Assembly (NCBI GenBank): GCA_964016885.1
Contig: OZ024740.1
Location: forward strand, 226,610,001 to 226,674,000
Source of the DNA: Eledone cirrhosa
Lineage: Eukaryota
Direction: 5' to 3'
DNA length: 64,000 bases
The notes beneath the pieces are model-generated. The model had not been told where the DNA came from and searched no databases. It saw only the letters and a list, made by a program, of their open reading frames with translations. Numbering within the stretch: the stretch's first letter is position 1; every line of letters begins with the position of its first letter. Positions 44,791 through 57,904 of the stretch are shown here, piece after piece. The position numbers and the translations under genes are program-made.

Positions 44791-44791
44791 A

Positions 44792-45132
44792 CATCATCAT
44801 CATCATCATTTTACGTCCGCTTTTCCCTGCTTGCAAGGGTGGGATGGGAACTGATTCTGGCTTGATCTCTACAGCTGGATGCCCTTCCTAACACCAACCT
44901 CATTTACAGTGAGTGCTGGGTGCTTTTTTTGCCATGGCACCTCCACGACCACTTTGCAGTGGAATGATAGGGACCGCAGTCCCTATCATCTCATTTCTAC
45001 AGCTGAGTAAACTGGAGCAATGTGAAATAAAGTGTCTTGCTCAAGGAAACAACACATCACCCGGTCTGAGAATTGAACTCACAACCTTTCGATTGCAAGG
45101 CCAATGGTCTAACCACTAAGCCATGTGGCTCC
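44792..45132 (-). mobile_element. SINE family A
   Basis: Full-length copy followed by repeats of its head. Confidence 0.9.
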
Positions 45133-45432
45133 ATATATATATATATGTGTGTGTGCCTCTAACCACTAAGCCATGTGGCTCCATATATATATATATGTGT
45201 GTTCCTCTAACCACTAAGCCATGTGCATCCATCTATATATATATGTGCCTCTAACCACTAAGCCATGTGCCTCCTCCATATATATATATATATATATGTG
45301 TGTGCCTCTAACCACTAAGCCATGTGGCTCCATATATATATATATATGTGTGTGCCTCTAACCACTAAGCCATGTGCATCCATCTATATATATATATATG
45401 TGCCTCTAACCACTAAGCCATGTGCCTCCTCC
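45108..45432. repeat. Tandem array of SINE 5' ends interleaved with (TA)n
   Basis: TCTAACCACTAAGCCATGTG occurs 7 times at ~45-57 bp spacing. Confidence 0.9.
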
Positions 45433-45464
<32 letters not shown>

Positions 45465-45641
45465 ATGTGTGTTAGAATCTTTTAATCATCCTTTTCCCTG
45501 CTAAGCAATGGTTGGGAAGGTCATGAAAGACTTAGTCAGTACTTAATTGGAGACACTGATCTCTCAGATGTGGTGGATCCACATCTCACATTCCTTCCCA
45601 TTCTCTACAGAGTGCACCAATCATTCTATCATGACAGCATC

Positions 45642-45691
<50 letters not shown>

Positions 45692-45929
45692 CCCAAAATG
45701 TGTGACTGAGCATACACATGCTTTTTTTTCAAAAAAATTGTTTTCTGCTTCTTACTTTTCTTACCCTCCTCTGTCTTTCTTCTTCTCTAATCCCTCATTC
45801 TTGTCTTCTGATGAAGGACTGGCATTCGAAATGTTCAGACTCTTTTCGTACTATATCAAGCATTAAACTAATATATGTCTTCATAGTACTCTATTGTTTG
45901 CTTTGAGGTTTTCTATTCATCATTCACAT

Positions 45930-45962
<33 letters not shown>

Positions 45963-46068
45963 ATAAGATTAGGAAAATTTACAAAGAGAAGACAACAAAC
46001 AAAAGACAAAGCAACATTTTTTTGATGAGGAAAGCAAACAAAATTTTTTTTTTAAAGACACAGAACTC

Positions 46069-46193
46069 CTAGATCTTCAGAAGTTGAGATGGAATTTTGG
46101 CAGTTTTGAGCCCTCCTGGCGGTAATGTGGGTCCACCCTGGTCATAGCCTCTGACATAAGTCAAAGTGCTGACCGTAATGTAAAAGACAATAA
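46069..46193 (-). CDS. Candidate terminal exon, unknown protein
   Basis: Weak acceptor TCTTTTACTATAAG; frame xIVFYITVSTLTYVRGYDQGGPTLPPGGLKTAKIPSQLLKI*; more GC-rich than its flanks. Confidence 0.25.
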
Positions 46194-46715
46194 CTTATAG
46201 TAAAAGATCACAAATAGTTAAAAAAAGAAATGTTTGAGGTAATGATTTTTTAAGGTTTAGCTCCCGGTAAAATATAACATCTAACTCTATAACTCAACTT
46301 TAAGTATTGAATACTATGTTTCTCTTTTTTTTTTCACGCCTGTGTTTGCATATATGTGTCTATGAGAAAACAATGCAATGAGGTTTACTTTTATAACCTT
46401 ATTGATTTTTCTTCCTGTTTAGAGGCAATACTCTTGCACTTTTGGAGATGATGTATTAATGAATATTCTATATAATTTCAGTTATTCCTGTCTGAAACGT
46501 TTTGTGATGAAGTGTGTATATGTGTATGTGTATGTAACTTAGTACTACCAGAATCTCTAAAATAGAGAAAACTCAATAGAGTTTAGTTACAGAGTAAATA
46601 TTTATGAAGGGAATTGGACGGCTCTGTATATATATACATGTGTGTATACATACATATATATATATATATGTTTCTCTCTATATATATATATATAAATATG
46701 TATATATGTATATAC

Positions 46716-46766
<51 letters not shown>

Positions 46767-47575
46767 AACACATACATATATTTATATACATACATATGCT
46801 GGTCACTAACATTAGTATTGTCTTAGACAGTTGATTAAATATTCTCTCTAGGCTTTTTTTGCTTTTTTTGTATCTCAAACTATGAGCAATTATATCATTG
46901 GTCAATGGTTTCCAACTGACCTAATACTAGGTTATATTATTTTTGACAGTGAGATTGACAGTGGAGTGTTGTTGAATGGTACAGAACAAATATCTAAAAG
47001 GACTTTGTTTGTAAAATACGAGTTTTATAGTTTCTTTCACCAACATGTGTATTATTCACTGATATTCTCCTTTGCTCTTTTTACTGGATTCAGTAATACA
47101 ACAGAATATATCTTATGTTGAAAATCTTGTCAGATCTTCATAGTGTTGTGGTCAATGCAGTTGAAAGGTTTAAAATAGATGTAAGGTTTGATTCCTGTAG
47201 ATGGCTATGTAAAAATTTTCTGTCATATTTTGAATGCGTAAATACATCATGGTTGAGTGGTCAGTGACGAAACTGACTGTCTCACCAGACCCTGGTATGG
47301 CGAGGAAGGTAAATGGAATCCAGCAGCACAAAAAAAACAAGAGATGTAAAAAGGTCAAATGAACTATGGATTAAATAGCCCCACCAACCTGCAATTGGCC
47401 AAGTGTAGTGAGTACAGCTACACCCTTGACATGACCAACACAAAACAGAAAGGGTGGAGGTCAACCAGTAAGGGAATGAGAAAACCCTGGATTGGAAATG
47501 CATGAATTAAGTTTATAATTTAAAAAGTCTTAATCATTATATTATTATATTACAGTACATATATGTATGTGTATA

Positions 47576-47892
47576 TCATCATCATCATGATCATCATCGT
47601 TTAACGTCCATCTTCCACGCTAGCATGGGTTTGGACGGGAATTTTCCCACTTGAGGCAAGAGTGGTTGTCTTGCTCGTATAGGACTGCCTGGTGGGTTTT
47701 CTGATTCTGGCTTGATTTCTACAGCTGGATGCCTTTCCTAACACCAACCACGTTTACAGTGTGGACTGGGAGGTTTTTACCATGTTACCTACACGGCCAC
47801 ATTACAGCGTGGACTGTGTGATTTTTTGTCGTGACACCTACACGACCTCATTTGTTTCGGACTGGATGTTGTGGTACCAACATAACTTTACA
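47576..47892 (-). mobile_element. RTE family B 3' UTR
   Basis: Matches 4113-4410. Confidence 0.8.
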
Positions 47893-48049
47893 TGTGTACA
47901 TATACATTTTATATATATGTGTGTCTGTATGTGTGGGTTTGCACGTGGAAAGGCCGACATAAAATGATGATGATATATGTATGTGTGTGTTTGGCTGCAT
48001 ACTATAACTCATGCTAAAATGTTCAATGGGGCTATTGTTCATGTATGCG

Positions 48050-48107
<58 letters not shown>

Positions 48108-48140
48108 TGATAATAATAATAATAATAAAAATAATAATGG

Positions 48141-48420
48141 TAATAATGATTTCTTTATTAACCACAAGGGTTTACACAAAGTATAACATTAAGGACAGTA
48201 CAGGACAATACAGGACAGTACAAATGGGCATTTCTGCATGTAAAAAAAACAAAAACAGAGGATGTAACAAAAAAAGAATAATGAAAAATTCCCCAATATG
48301 GGAGAGACTTCAGAGGGCCATCGTGGAGAAAGCCCATTAAAAAAGCCACAGTGACCCTGACTAATAATGCTTTCTTTATTAACAACAAGGGTTGACACAA
48401 AGTATAACATTAAGGACAAC
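48141..48420 (-). mobile_element. LINE-like 3' end with duplicated terminus beside (AAT)n
   Basis: TAATAATG.TTTCTTTATTAAC.ACAAGGGTT.ACACAAAGTATAACATTAAGGACA occurs at 48141 and 48362. The minus strand ends AATAAAGAAA..(TTA)n. Confidence 0.55.
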
Positions 48421-48488
48421 ATAATAATTATTATAATTATTTATTTTATGCAAATATATGCTTAAACTTTAATCTGTTACTTTAATAA

Positions 48489-48550
<62 letters not shown>

Positions 48551-48641
48551 TAGATACATACATATATGATTATATACTTTGCTTTATATATATATGCATT
48601 TAAATACTTATACAGCTAAAATGAATGTATATGTATGTATG

Positions 48642-48673
<32 letters not shown>

Positions 48674-49039
48674 TACATACCATGCATACATGCATACATA
48701 CATATACATATATACATATAGACACATACATGCATACATTTTAGCTGTGGCACATTTTTCCAGATATGTTCTTTAATTTTACATATGTTTCTCTCCTCCG
48801 TACCACATGCTCTGCTGCTACTCCAACCACCTCTATATCGTTACCTCCTCCTCATCCCTATACATTTACCACTTCCAACCGGCTTTTCTCAACCACATTA
48901 ACAATTTGACTTGCATTATTCTATTCTACCTCTCTAACACACTCTCTTTTATCTTTCTTTCTCTTGCTATAATGTTCTTTCTCTCTCAGAATCTATATCT
49001 CTCTCCCCTATAATGCTCTCTCTCTCTCTCTCTCCCTGT

Positions 49040-49879
49040 ATCTGTCACTTACTCCTCTATAATACTCTCTCTTTCTCTCTCTCTTTCTCTCTGAATCTAT
49101 CTCTTTCTCCTCGATAATACTCTCTCTTTCGCTCTCTTTCTCTCTCCTCTATAATACTCTCTCTCACACTCTGAATTTATCCCTTTCTCTCCTATACTAC
49201 TCTCTCTCTCATTCTCTCTTTATCATTTCGCTCTCTTTCTCTCTCTCCTCTATAATACTCTCTCTCACACTCTGAATTTATCCCTTTCTCCCTTATACTA
49301 CTCTCTCTCTCATTCTCTCTCTATCATTTCGCTCTCTTTCTCTCTCCTCTATAATACTCTCTCTCACACTCTGAATTTATCCCTTTCTCCCCTATACTAC
49401 TCTCTCTCTCATTCTCTCTCTATCCATATGTCTAAGACTACTTCACAGTACTACAACGTACGGTCTTTCCTGCTCACATAATATCCAGTACTATTGATTT
49501 CAAATAACAAATCTATCGGTGCCGAGCACATATGTAGTAGAGTGTGTGTACCTGTGTGTCTATCTGTGTGTATATTTGTGTGTATATATATCTATGTATA
49601 TTTGTGTGTGTATCTAAGTATATGTGTGAGAAAGGGAGCTACAGATAGGTAGGGAGAAAGAAAGCAAGGGTGTGTAAAGAAGAAGTAAATAAGTAAGTGT
49701 GAAGAGAAGAGAGAGAGACAGAGGTGAAGAGAAGAGAACAAATATCAAGAGAGTGTGGAAAAGAGAGAGAGAGAGAGAGAGAGAGGTGAAGAGAAGAGAA
49801 AAAGTATCAAGAGAGAGTGGAAAAGAGAGAGAGAGACAGAGGTGAAGAGAAGAGAACAAATATCAAGAGAGAGTGGAAA

Positions 49880-49914
<35 letters not shown>

Positions 49915-50077
49915 GAGAGAGGTGAAGAGAAGAGAAAAAGTATCAAGAGAGAGTGAAAGAGAGAGAGAGAGAGGGGGGGGGCAGAGGTGAAGAGAACAAA
50001 TATCAAGAGAGAGTGTAAAAGAGAGAGAGAGAGAGAGAGAGGGGGGTGGAGAGAAGAGAAAAAGTATCAAGAGAGAG

Positions 50078-50121
<44 letters not shown>

Positions 50122-50263
50122 GGAGAGAGAGAGACAGAGGTGAAGAGAAGAGAACAAATATCAAGAGAGAGTGGAAACGAGAGAGAGAGAGAGGTGAAGA
50201 GAAGAGAAAAAGTATCAAGAGAGAGTGGTAAAGAGAAGAGAAAAAGTATCAAGAGAGAGTGGT

Positions 50264-50309
<46 letters not shown>

Positions 50310-50449
50310 AGACAAATTGTGTGAATGAGGGAAGGAATGAGAGAATTGGAGATGGAAAGATGTAAAGAACTTTTGAAAATAGAGATTGACTGAGAGGAAA
50401 GAGAGAGGAAGATGTAGAGAATGATTGCAGAAGCAAAGAAAGAGACAGA

Positions 50450-50492
<43 letters not shown>

Positions 50493-50500
50493 CATAGGTG
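49040..50500. repeat. CT-rich ~96-bp tandem repeat (49125-49420) and GA-rich minisatellite (49700-50500)
   Basis: CACACTCTGAATTTATCCCTTTCTC occurs three times; GAGGTGAAGAGAAGAGAA...TATCAAGAGAGAGTG occurs in many copies. Confidence 0.85.
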
Positions 50501-50920
50501 AAAAAAAAAGAGAGAAAAGAAGGAGACTGAGATGATGAAGATGAAGAGGAAAGAGAGGAAGAGGGAGGAGAGGAAGGGGATGGAGAGGACGGGAGAGGAG
50601 AGGACGGGAAAGGAGTAAACAACAATTTAACTATTACGAATATGAACAAAATCAACTTCAACAGAAGCACTCAAATATATACTAGATGCTTTTCACTTTT
50701 ATGGCATGTATGTGTGTATGTATGTATGTACGTATGTATATATGTATGTATGTACTTATGTATGTATGTACGTATGTATGTATGTATGTATGTACGTATG
50801 TATGTATGTATGTATGTATGTACGTATGTGTGTATGTATGTATGTATGTATGTATGTATGTATGTATGTATGTATGCATGTATGTATGCATGTATGTATG
50901 TATATATGTATGTATGCATG

Positions 50921-50954
<34 letters not shown>

Positions 50955-50967
50955 TGTATGTATGTAT

Positions 50968-51141
50968 GTACCATGGGCCCAGCACTATGTGTCAATAATT
51001 GTCACAAGTGTAGTGTTTGTACCAGAGTTTTCAAGTCGCTGGTTGGACTAAAAAGCCACACTCGTTCAGTGTATCGGTAGGGGTTCTCCTACATGGATAT
51101 AAAGTAGTGGCCGTACTCGAAAACGAGTTGGCAGCCACCAT
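50968..51141 (+). mobile_element. RTE/BovB-like LINE 3' end (C-terminal zinc finger) with (TATG)n tail, copy 1
   Basis: HKCSVCTRVFKSLVGLKSHTRSVYR*, a short UTR, then (TATG)n. Confidence 0.6.
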
Positions 51142-51422
51142 GTATGTATGTATGTACGTATGTATGTATGTATGTATGTATGTACGGGAGAGATGACCCC
51201 TTAGCCTTTGTCAAGGCAGAATTCTAGGAGAAGGAAAACTCTGATATAACACCTGCAACCCTGATGGTATCCAATGATGTTGACTTGTTCTTCTTTTTGG
51301 TAAATATCATCTTGGTTAAGAGAGTGGGACTGGCTTTGTGCAGTGCCTTTGCTCACTATAAAAGCTTCACGGCACAGGCATTGCTTTATATCTGGAGATC
51401 TCTCTGCACTTGTCGTCACATG

Positions 51423-51594
51423 GTACCATGGGCCCAGCACTATGTGTCAATAATTGTCACAAGTGTAGTGTTTGTACCAGAGTTTTCAAGTCGCTGGCTG
51501 GACTAAAAAGTCACACTCGTTCAGCGCATCGGTAGGGGTTCTCCTACATGGATATAAAGTAGTGGCCGTACTCGAAAACGAGTTGGCAGCCACC

Positions 51595-51596
<2 letters not shown>
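51423..51596 (+). mobile_element. Same RTE/BovB-like 3' end, copy 2
   Basis: ~173-bp near-identical direct repeat reading CSVCTRVFKSLAGLKSHTRSAHR*. Confidence 0.6.
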
Positions 51597-51627
<31 letters not shown>

Positions 51628-52203
51628 TGTATGTATGTATGTATGTATGTATGGATGGATGGTTGGATGGATGAAAGTATGTATGTATGGATGGATGTAT
51701 GTAGGTATGTATGTATGTAGGTATGTATGCATGTATGTATGTATGTACGTATGTATATATGTATGTGTGTATGTATGTATGCATGTATGTATGCATGTAT
51801 GTATGTATGCATGTATGCATGTATGCATGTATGCATGCATGTATGTATGTATGCATGTATGCATGTATGTATGCATGTATGTATGTATGCATGCATGTAT
51901 GCATGTATGCATGTATGCATGTATGCATGTATTCATGTATGTATGTATGGATAGATGGTTGGATGGATGGAAGTATGTAGGTATGTATGTAGGTATGTAT
52001 GTATGTAGGTATCCATGTATGTATGTATGCATGTATGTATCTATGCATGCATGTATGTATGCATGCATGTATGTATGTATGTATGCATGCATGTATGTAG
52101 GTATGTATGTATGCAAGCATGTATGTATGCATGCATGTATGTATGCATGCATGTAAGTAGGTATGTAGGTATGTAAGTATATATGTATGCATCTATGTAT
52201 GCA

Positions 52204-52376
52204 TAAGGAATCAGATGGACCATAACGCACCAGAGAACTCAATACTTAGGGTAGTAGAGTGGGTAATAGGAAAATGTTTAACCCCGACGGCAGGGCTCAA
52301 GCCGTTTCGACGGCTATTTCCGGCCAGAAATAGCCGTCGAAATGGCTTGAGCTCTGCCGTCGGGGTTAAACATTTT

Positions 52377-52378
<2 letters not shown>
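52204..52378 (-). mobile_element. Fold-back element, CCCCGAC family
   Basis: 52-bp arms (52269-52320 / 52327-52378), with the tail in reverse orientation. Confidence 0.8.
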
Positions 52379-52412
<34 letters not shown>

Positions 52413-52583
52413 TATATAAAACGTGATTGGTGTTAGGAAGGGCATCCACCTGTTTAAGTACGGTATGGTGTGGCCAAATAACCAGAATTGTTTCATAACT
52501 TGGATGACCCATCTAACCCATGCAAGCGTGGAAAAATAAAATAGATGTTAAGCACCGATTATGACGATGATGATGATGATATG

Positions 52584-52615
<32 letters not shown>

Positions 52616-52664
52616 TACACACACACATATATATATATATATATGTATTTATATGTATATATAT

Positions 52665-52982
52665 ATCATCATCATCTTACATATGCTTTTCCCTGCTTGC
52701 AAGGGTGGGACGGGAACTGATTCTGGCTTGATTTCTATAGCTGGATGCCCTTCCTAACACCAACCTCATTTACAGTGAGTGCTGGGTGCTTTTTTGCCGT
52801 GGCGCCTACACGTCCACTTTGCAGTGGAATGATAGGGACCCCAGTCCCTATCATCTCATTTCTACAGCTGAGTAAACTGGAGCAATGTGAAATAAAGTGT
52901 CTTACTCAAGGAAACAACACATCACCCGGTCTGAGAATTGAACTCACAACCTTTCGATTGCAAGGCCAATGCTCTAACCACT
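52665..52982 (-). mobile_element. SINE family A
   Basis: Lacks roughly the first 17 nt of the head. Confidence 0.85.
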
Positions 52983-53037
52983 ATATATAACCCTTGCTAG
53001 CAAGGAGGGCAAACGCTAAATAGTGATGATGATGATA

Positions 53038-53078
<41 letters not shown>

Positions 53079-53420
53079 CTGTGTGTGTGTGTATTTGTAA
53101 ATGTATGCATACCATTCATAAATCTGCACATATCCAGTGTATTTGTCTATGTGTATAAGAGCTTTATGTACATTTAACTGTACGTGACAGTTTCATATAC
53201 AAAGTAAAAATAAGTCTTATTGAGTTCACATCAATATAAATATATGTATGTACACATCAATGTAAGTGTATTGTATACACATCAATATTACTGTATAGTA
53301 ACATGTGTATGTATGTATATAAATATCTACATTTATGTATCTATATGACTGTGTGTATATACATGTGATCAATTGAAAAGATTTTAGCAAGCTATTAAGA
53401 CCATATCCATTTATGCACAA

Positions 53421-53469
<49 letters not shown>

Positions 53470-54229
53470 GGTGTGTGTTTGGTATATGTACATTTGGATG
53501 TATACACACACAAATGTATATATATATATGTGTGTGTGTGTACATGCTTGGATATACAAATGGAATATGAGAACTCAATGCATGTAATAGGGTTTATTTA
53601 TTCAATCAATGCTAATAGTTTATTTGATTGCCACTCAATTTCTAGTTCTGTGGACATACATCATATACACATACATAAATACATGCAACTATATATACAT
53701 ACACACATATATAAATACAGACTTACATATATACACACATACAGATACACATACCTCCATACATAATTACATACATACACTCACACATACATATATATAT
53801 ATACACATGCTCCCTGGAAAATAAATATATGCACACAATTATATCCATGCATAAGAGCATAAGGCATACACACATGCACACACCTGTATACTAAAGATAT
53901 ATTTTTACACATAACATGAGTTCATGTACAGTTACCTTCATATATACACATACTAACACACTCACATATTTACTTAGAAATCCCGAGAACTCTTTTGATT
54001 CAAACAAAAAATTGTCTTGTCACTTTATTAGCGACTAATTGAATTTCTGTAAAGAACTTAAATATATCTCAAAGGAAAACATAGATACATACATATATAT
54101 CGGAAAGAAGGCAAGACTCTGTTGCCATCAGGGAAATGCCCATGCTCCAAATGTAGAAAATGATTTGGTAGAAATACCCATACACTATACTCAAGAGTAA
54201 ATTATGGTTGCACAAGATGTGTACTGAGG

Positions 54230-55065
54230 ATCACAAGCAGGGTGAAAAAGAAGGTAAACTTCATTTGTGATAGAGGCACAGAAATAACTAGCTATCATAA
54301 TACCAGTAAAGTGTACTCTCTCCAATGCTGGAAAAGTTCCCTAGAAGAAGTTGATAGATGATCTAATTAGCAGTGGAGGAAAGTGCTTTGAAAGCATGAC
54401 GTCCAAACATGTATCCGCTACCTCCAACCAACTTACCCTCTGCCTCTGGGTTCCAGTTGACAGGATGGAGAATACATTATCCTGGAGGATGGCAAGAGAG
54501 ACGCAATGGAATAGCCACTCCACCACGCGAGGCTCACACCTGCAGCCAACCAGCTCCGCTCTACAACTGGGGTAATAATAGTATGGAAAATTGTCAGGGT
54601 GATAATGTTTCTGTAGGTAACAAAGAAATTTCCTCTGTGAGTAAAGGACAGATTGTATGATGCTTGTGTTTGATATGCAATGCTACATGGTAACAAGACA
54701 TATGCATTGAAATCTGAGAATGTCTGAAGGTTGGAAAAATAAAAAAAGAATTAACATGATTCAATGAATGGACAATGTTTGTGTGCCTGGACAACATGAT
54801 ATGGATGAATTGAGAGAAAAATCTTGTTACAAGAGAAATCAGATGTAGTATACAAGAAAGTAGACAATGCTCTTGGGGTAAAGAAGTGCCAGGAGATGCA
54901 AATGGGAGGGAAGTCTGAATAAGGCAGATTAAGGAAAACATGTGCAGATATAATGAAAGTTGATCTAAGAATGCTGAATCTCACATAAAGAAGCACAACA
55001 CGTAATAAGATGTAGTGTTAAAACTGCCCATTCAAACCAATGCAAGCTTGGAACATGGATGTAAA
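54230..55065 (+). pseudogene. Decayed RTE LINE ORF2 3' part
   Basis: Remnants LEEVD, DLISSGGKCFES and VKDRLYDACV, ending AACCAATGCAAGCTTGGAACATGGATGTAAA. Confidence 0.6.
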
Positions 55066-55069
55066 ATCA

Positions 55070-55250
55070 GGATAATACTCAATGCATGATACAAAGCAGA
55101 GTGAGTATATTGAAAAGGCTGAATCCAGGCGGTGAGCCTCACTGTTTCAGCTTGTTTTCTTGAGCTTTCTCAAGAGTGTTCTTGAAAAAGCCTGAGAAAA
55201 CAAGCTGAAATAGTAGGGCCCACTATTGGAATTCTACCTCTTCAATATAT
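55070..55250 (-). mobile_element. Older fold-back element with hammerhead-derived arms
   Basis: Inner IR TTTCAGCTTGTTTTCT / AGAAAACAAGCTGAAA; GAAA-TAGT-AGGGCCC-ACTA-TT; outer IR TATATTGAA / TTCAATATA. Confidence 0.55.
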
Positions 55251-55434
55251 ATGTATCTGTATTTATAAATATATATCATTCAGTTAATGTTTTAAGTACT
55301 GAAGTATTTTAAACACTCCCTGTAATCTCTCTCTCTCTCTCTTTCCATATATATATATATATATATAATAGTAGAACACTGCAGGGTTATATCTGTAGTA
55401 GTAGAGTACTGCATCTTTGGGACTAGTTTGGTAA

Positions 55435-55517
55435 AAGTAGTTCCACACAAGCTGAAGATCCACATAAGGTGAAACATTTGTTCTTGGTATGGTGAACTAA
55501 CTGTTGTGGAACTACTT
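55435..55517 (+). ncRNA. Type I minimal hammerhead ribozyme
   Basis: CAAG-CTGAAGA-T-CC-ACATAA-GG-T-GAAA-CATTTG-TT-CTTG (55448-55486), with distal stem AAGTAGTTCCACA / TGTGGAACTACTT. TTGAGTGCT lies downstream at 55587. Confidence 0.6.
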
Positions 55518-55690
55518 CTATATATATATATGTATAACAAAATAAATCATTTATTATTATTATAATATTCTGATAAATATATACTGTTGAGTGCTTGATA
55601 TCTATTATATAAAAGTCAGCGGATTATAAATCAACTAATCCTTTTTCATTGATCTATATATATATATATAATATATATGACTGTAGGTTT

Positions 55691-56208
55691 TAAATACAAA
55701 GCGAAACCTACAGTCAGCAGGCACCTCTAACAAAATACACCCCCGTCCCACTACCCCCACCCCATCCACACCACCCCCTTAAATGTGAAGTTATGTTGGT
55801 ACCACAACATCCAGTCCGAAACAAATGAGGTCATGTAGGTGTCATAACAAAAAAACACACAGTCCACGCTGTAATGTGGCCATGTAGGTAACACGGTAAA
55901 AACCTCCCAGTACACACTGTAAACGTGGCTAGTGTTGGGAAGGGCATCTAGCCGTAGAAAACCCGTCAGACGTGTAGGTGTCACGACAATAAAACACACA
56001 GTCCACGCTGTAATGTGGGCGTGTAGGTAACACGGTAAAAACCTCCCAGTCCACACTGTAAACGTGGTTGGTGTTAGGAAGGGCATCCAGCCGTAGAAAA
56101 CCCGCCAGACAGTCCTGAGCAAGACAACCAATCTTGCCTGAAGTGGGACAATTCCCGTCCAAACCCATGCTAGCGTGGAAAATGGACGTTAAATGATGAT
56201 GATGATGA

Positions 56209-56210
<2 letters not shown>
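55691..56210 (+). mobile_element. RTE family B 3' UTR with internal ~135-bp duplication
   Basis: The block GTAGGTGTCA...CACAGTCCACGCTGTAATGTGG is present twice. Confidence 0.8.
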
Positions 56211-56259
<49 letters not shown>

Positions 56260-56275
56260 CATGTATTTTTTTTCT

Positions 56276-56307
<32 letters not shown>

Positions 56308-57677
56308 TGGAGGATGTAAAGAGAAAGATGTATGTATGTATGTATATATACATACATACATCTTTCTCTTACATATAGACATATAGAAATACATATGTTT
56401 ATTTATCTGAGTATTTTATAATGTAAATGATACTACATATACATCAATATATGCATGTCATATTGTAATGGATGATATTTCAAACTTACCTATGATTCTA
56501 CACATACAATCAATTCTTCTATGAACATATGTGCGCATTTGTACACATTTTCATTCACTTGTGCCCATGCACACACGCACCCCAACACATACATACAAAC
56601 ATACACATAGAATGCTTTGTGTTATTCTCTGCTCTCTGAGTTCAAATCCTGCTGAGGTCAACTAATGCCTTTCCCATTTTCGAGGTAGATAAAAATACGT
56701 ACCAGTCAAATACTGGGGTTGATTCTTCCTTAATATCCCTTTCTTACTTTCACTCTAGTAACTTTCTATCCTTTACTGGAAGAAATCTGTGTGATATTTT
56801 GTCTATTATGGTATATATCATCATCATCATCATCATCATAAACATCATAAGTTAAATAAGGTGTAACAGTTTAATGTAGTTGTCTGATATACAACATATA
56901 TATGGTTTGATTCTTAGTATACATGAATTGCAAAAAGACTTGGTCTATGATGACCATCCGACTATTGCTAGCAAGGAGAATAGGCAGATGTTAAATTATG
57001 TGAATGAGGATAATGATATTATATGCATGTGTGTGTGTACATGTGTGTGCTTGTGTGTATCATAATAAGCATTGTTTACTGTGAAATATCTTTAAACCTG
57101 AATTAAGTCTGCTTCCTTTGATTAACGATTCTACTTGGAATGGAACAGTAAATTCTAAAAGGTATTGAAAAATTAATTTTTACAAAAGAAACACTTGAAA
57201 AATTATATAAGGTATTGGTTTCCAGGCACTATTGTATTTTTATAGTTCCACTTTGATTTCCTTCTTTTTTTCCTTTTTTTTGTTTCCTTAGAAATATTGT
57301 TGTTTATTTTAAAAACTCTTTTGTTTCATTATTTAAATCACACTAATTTTTTTTTTCTTTTAATATATTGCTGCTGAATTTAATGACTCATGTGCATAAT
57401 TTTGAATCATCATTTGACTTTTTGAAGTTAAAAGTAAATTATAAAATGGAATTCCTACATGACTCATATTTCTTTGTCATATAACATTGGTCAAAAAAGC
57501 ATTTTTCCAAGGAATATAGATCTTTAAAACGTCAGTTAATATAGACCTTTAAAACGTCAGTTAACGGTCTCAAGTGATTTAGAGGAATGAATGTTGCAAG
57601 AGGTATTTTGAAACAACAGATGTGATGTATTTGACAAAATTACAAATCATATTAGTTACATGAGTTGTTTAATAGTT

Positions 57678-57904
57678 TAACCCTTTAGCATTTACATTAC
57701 TCTATATATACTGTTGTATTTTCACGGTAAACATTTTATTCCACATAATTATCTCACATAATATCAAATCTACGAGATTTTGATATCATTTATTTTGAGA
57801 AGAATTCCTTAACATAAGTATGAACCGCCAGTTACAGCTGGTCTGAACAGAAAGAGGTGAGAGAGTTCTGGCCGGATATGGCCGGTTTAAATCCTAAAGG
57901 GTTA
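57678..57904. mobile_element. piggyBac-like MITE
   Basis: TTAA-CCCTTTAGCATTT ... AAATCCTAAAGGG-TTAT. A more degenerate TTAACC...GGTTAA element lies at about 59933-60174. Confidence 0.55.

Noticed and set aside
45108-45432. CRISPR-like repeat-spacer appearance
   Set aside because: The spacers are (TA)n/(TG)n, the repeat is a SINE head, the context is eukaryotic and there are no cas genes.
47090-47350. Possible plus-strand exons
   Set aside because: The frames are interrupted by stops and there is no consistent acceptor/donor pair.
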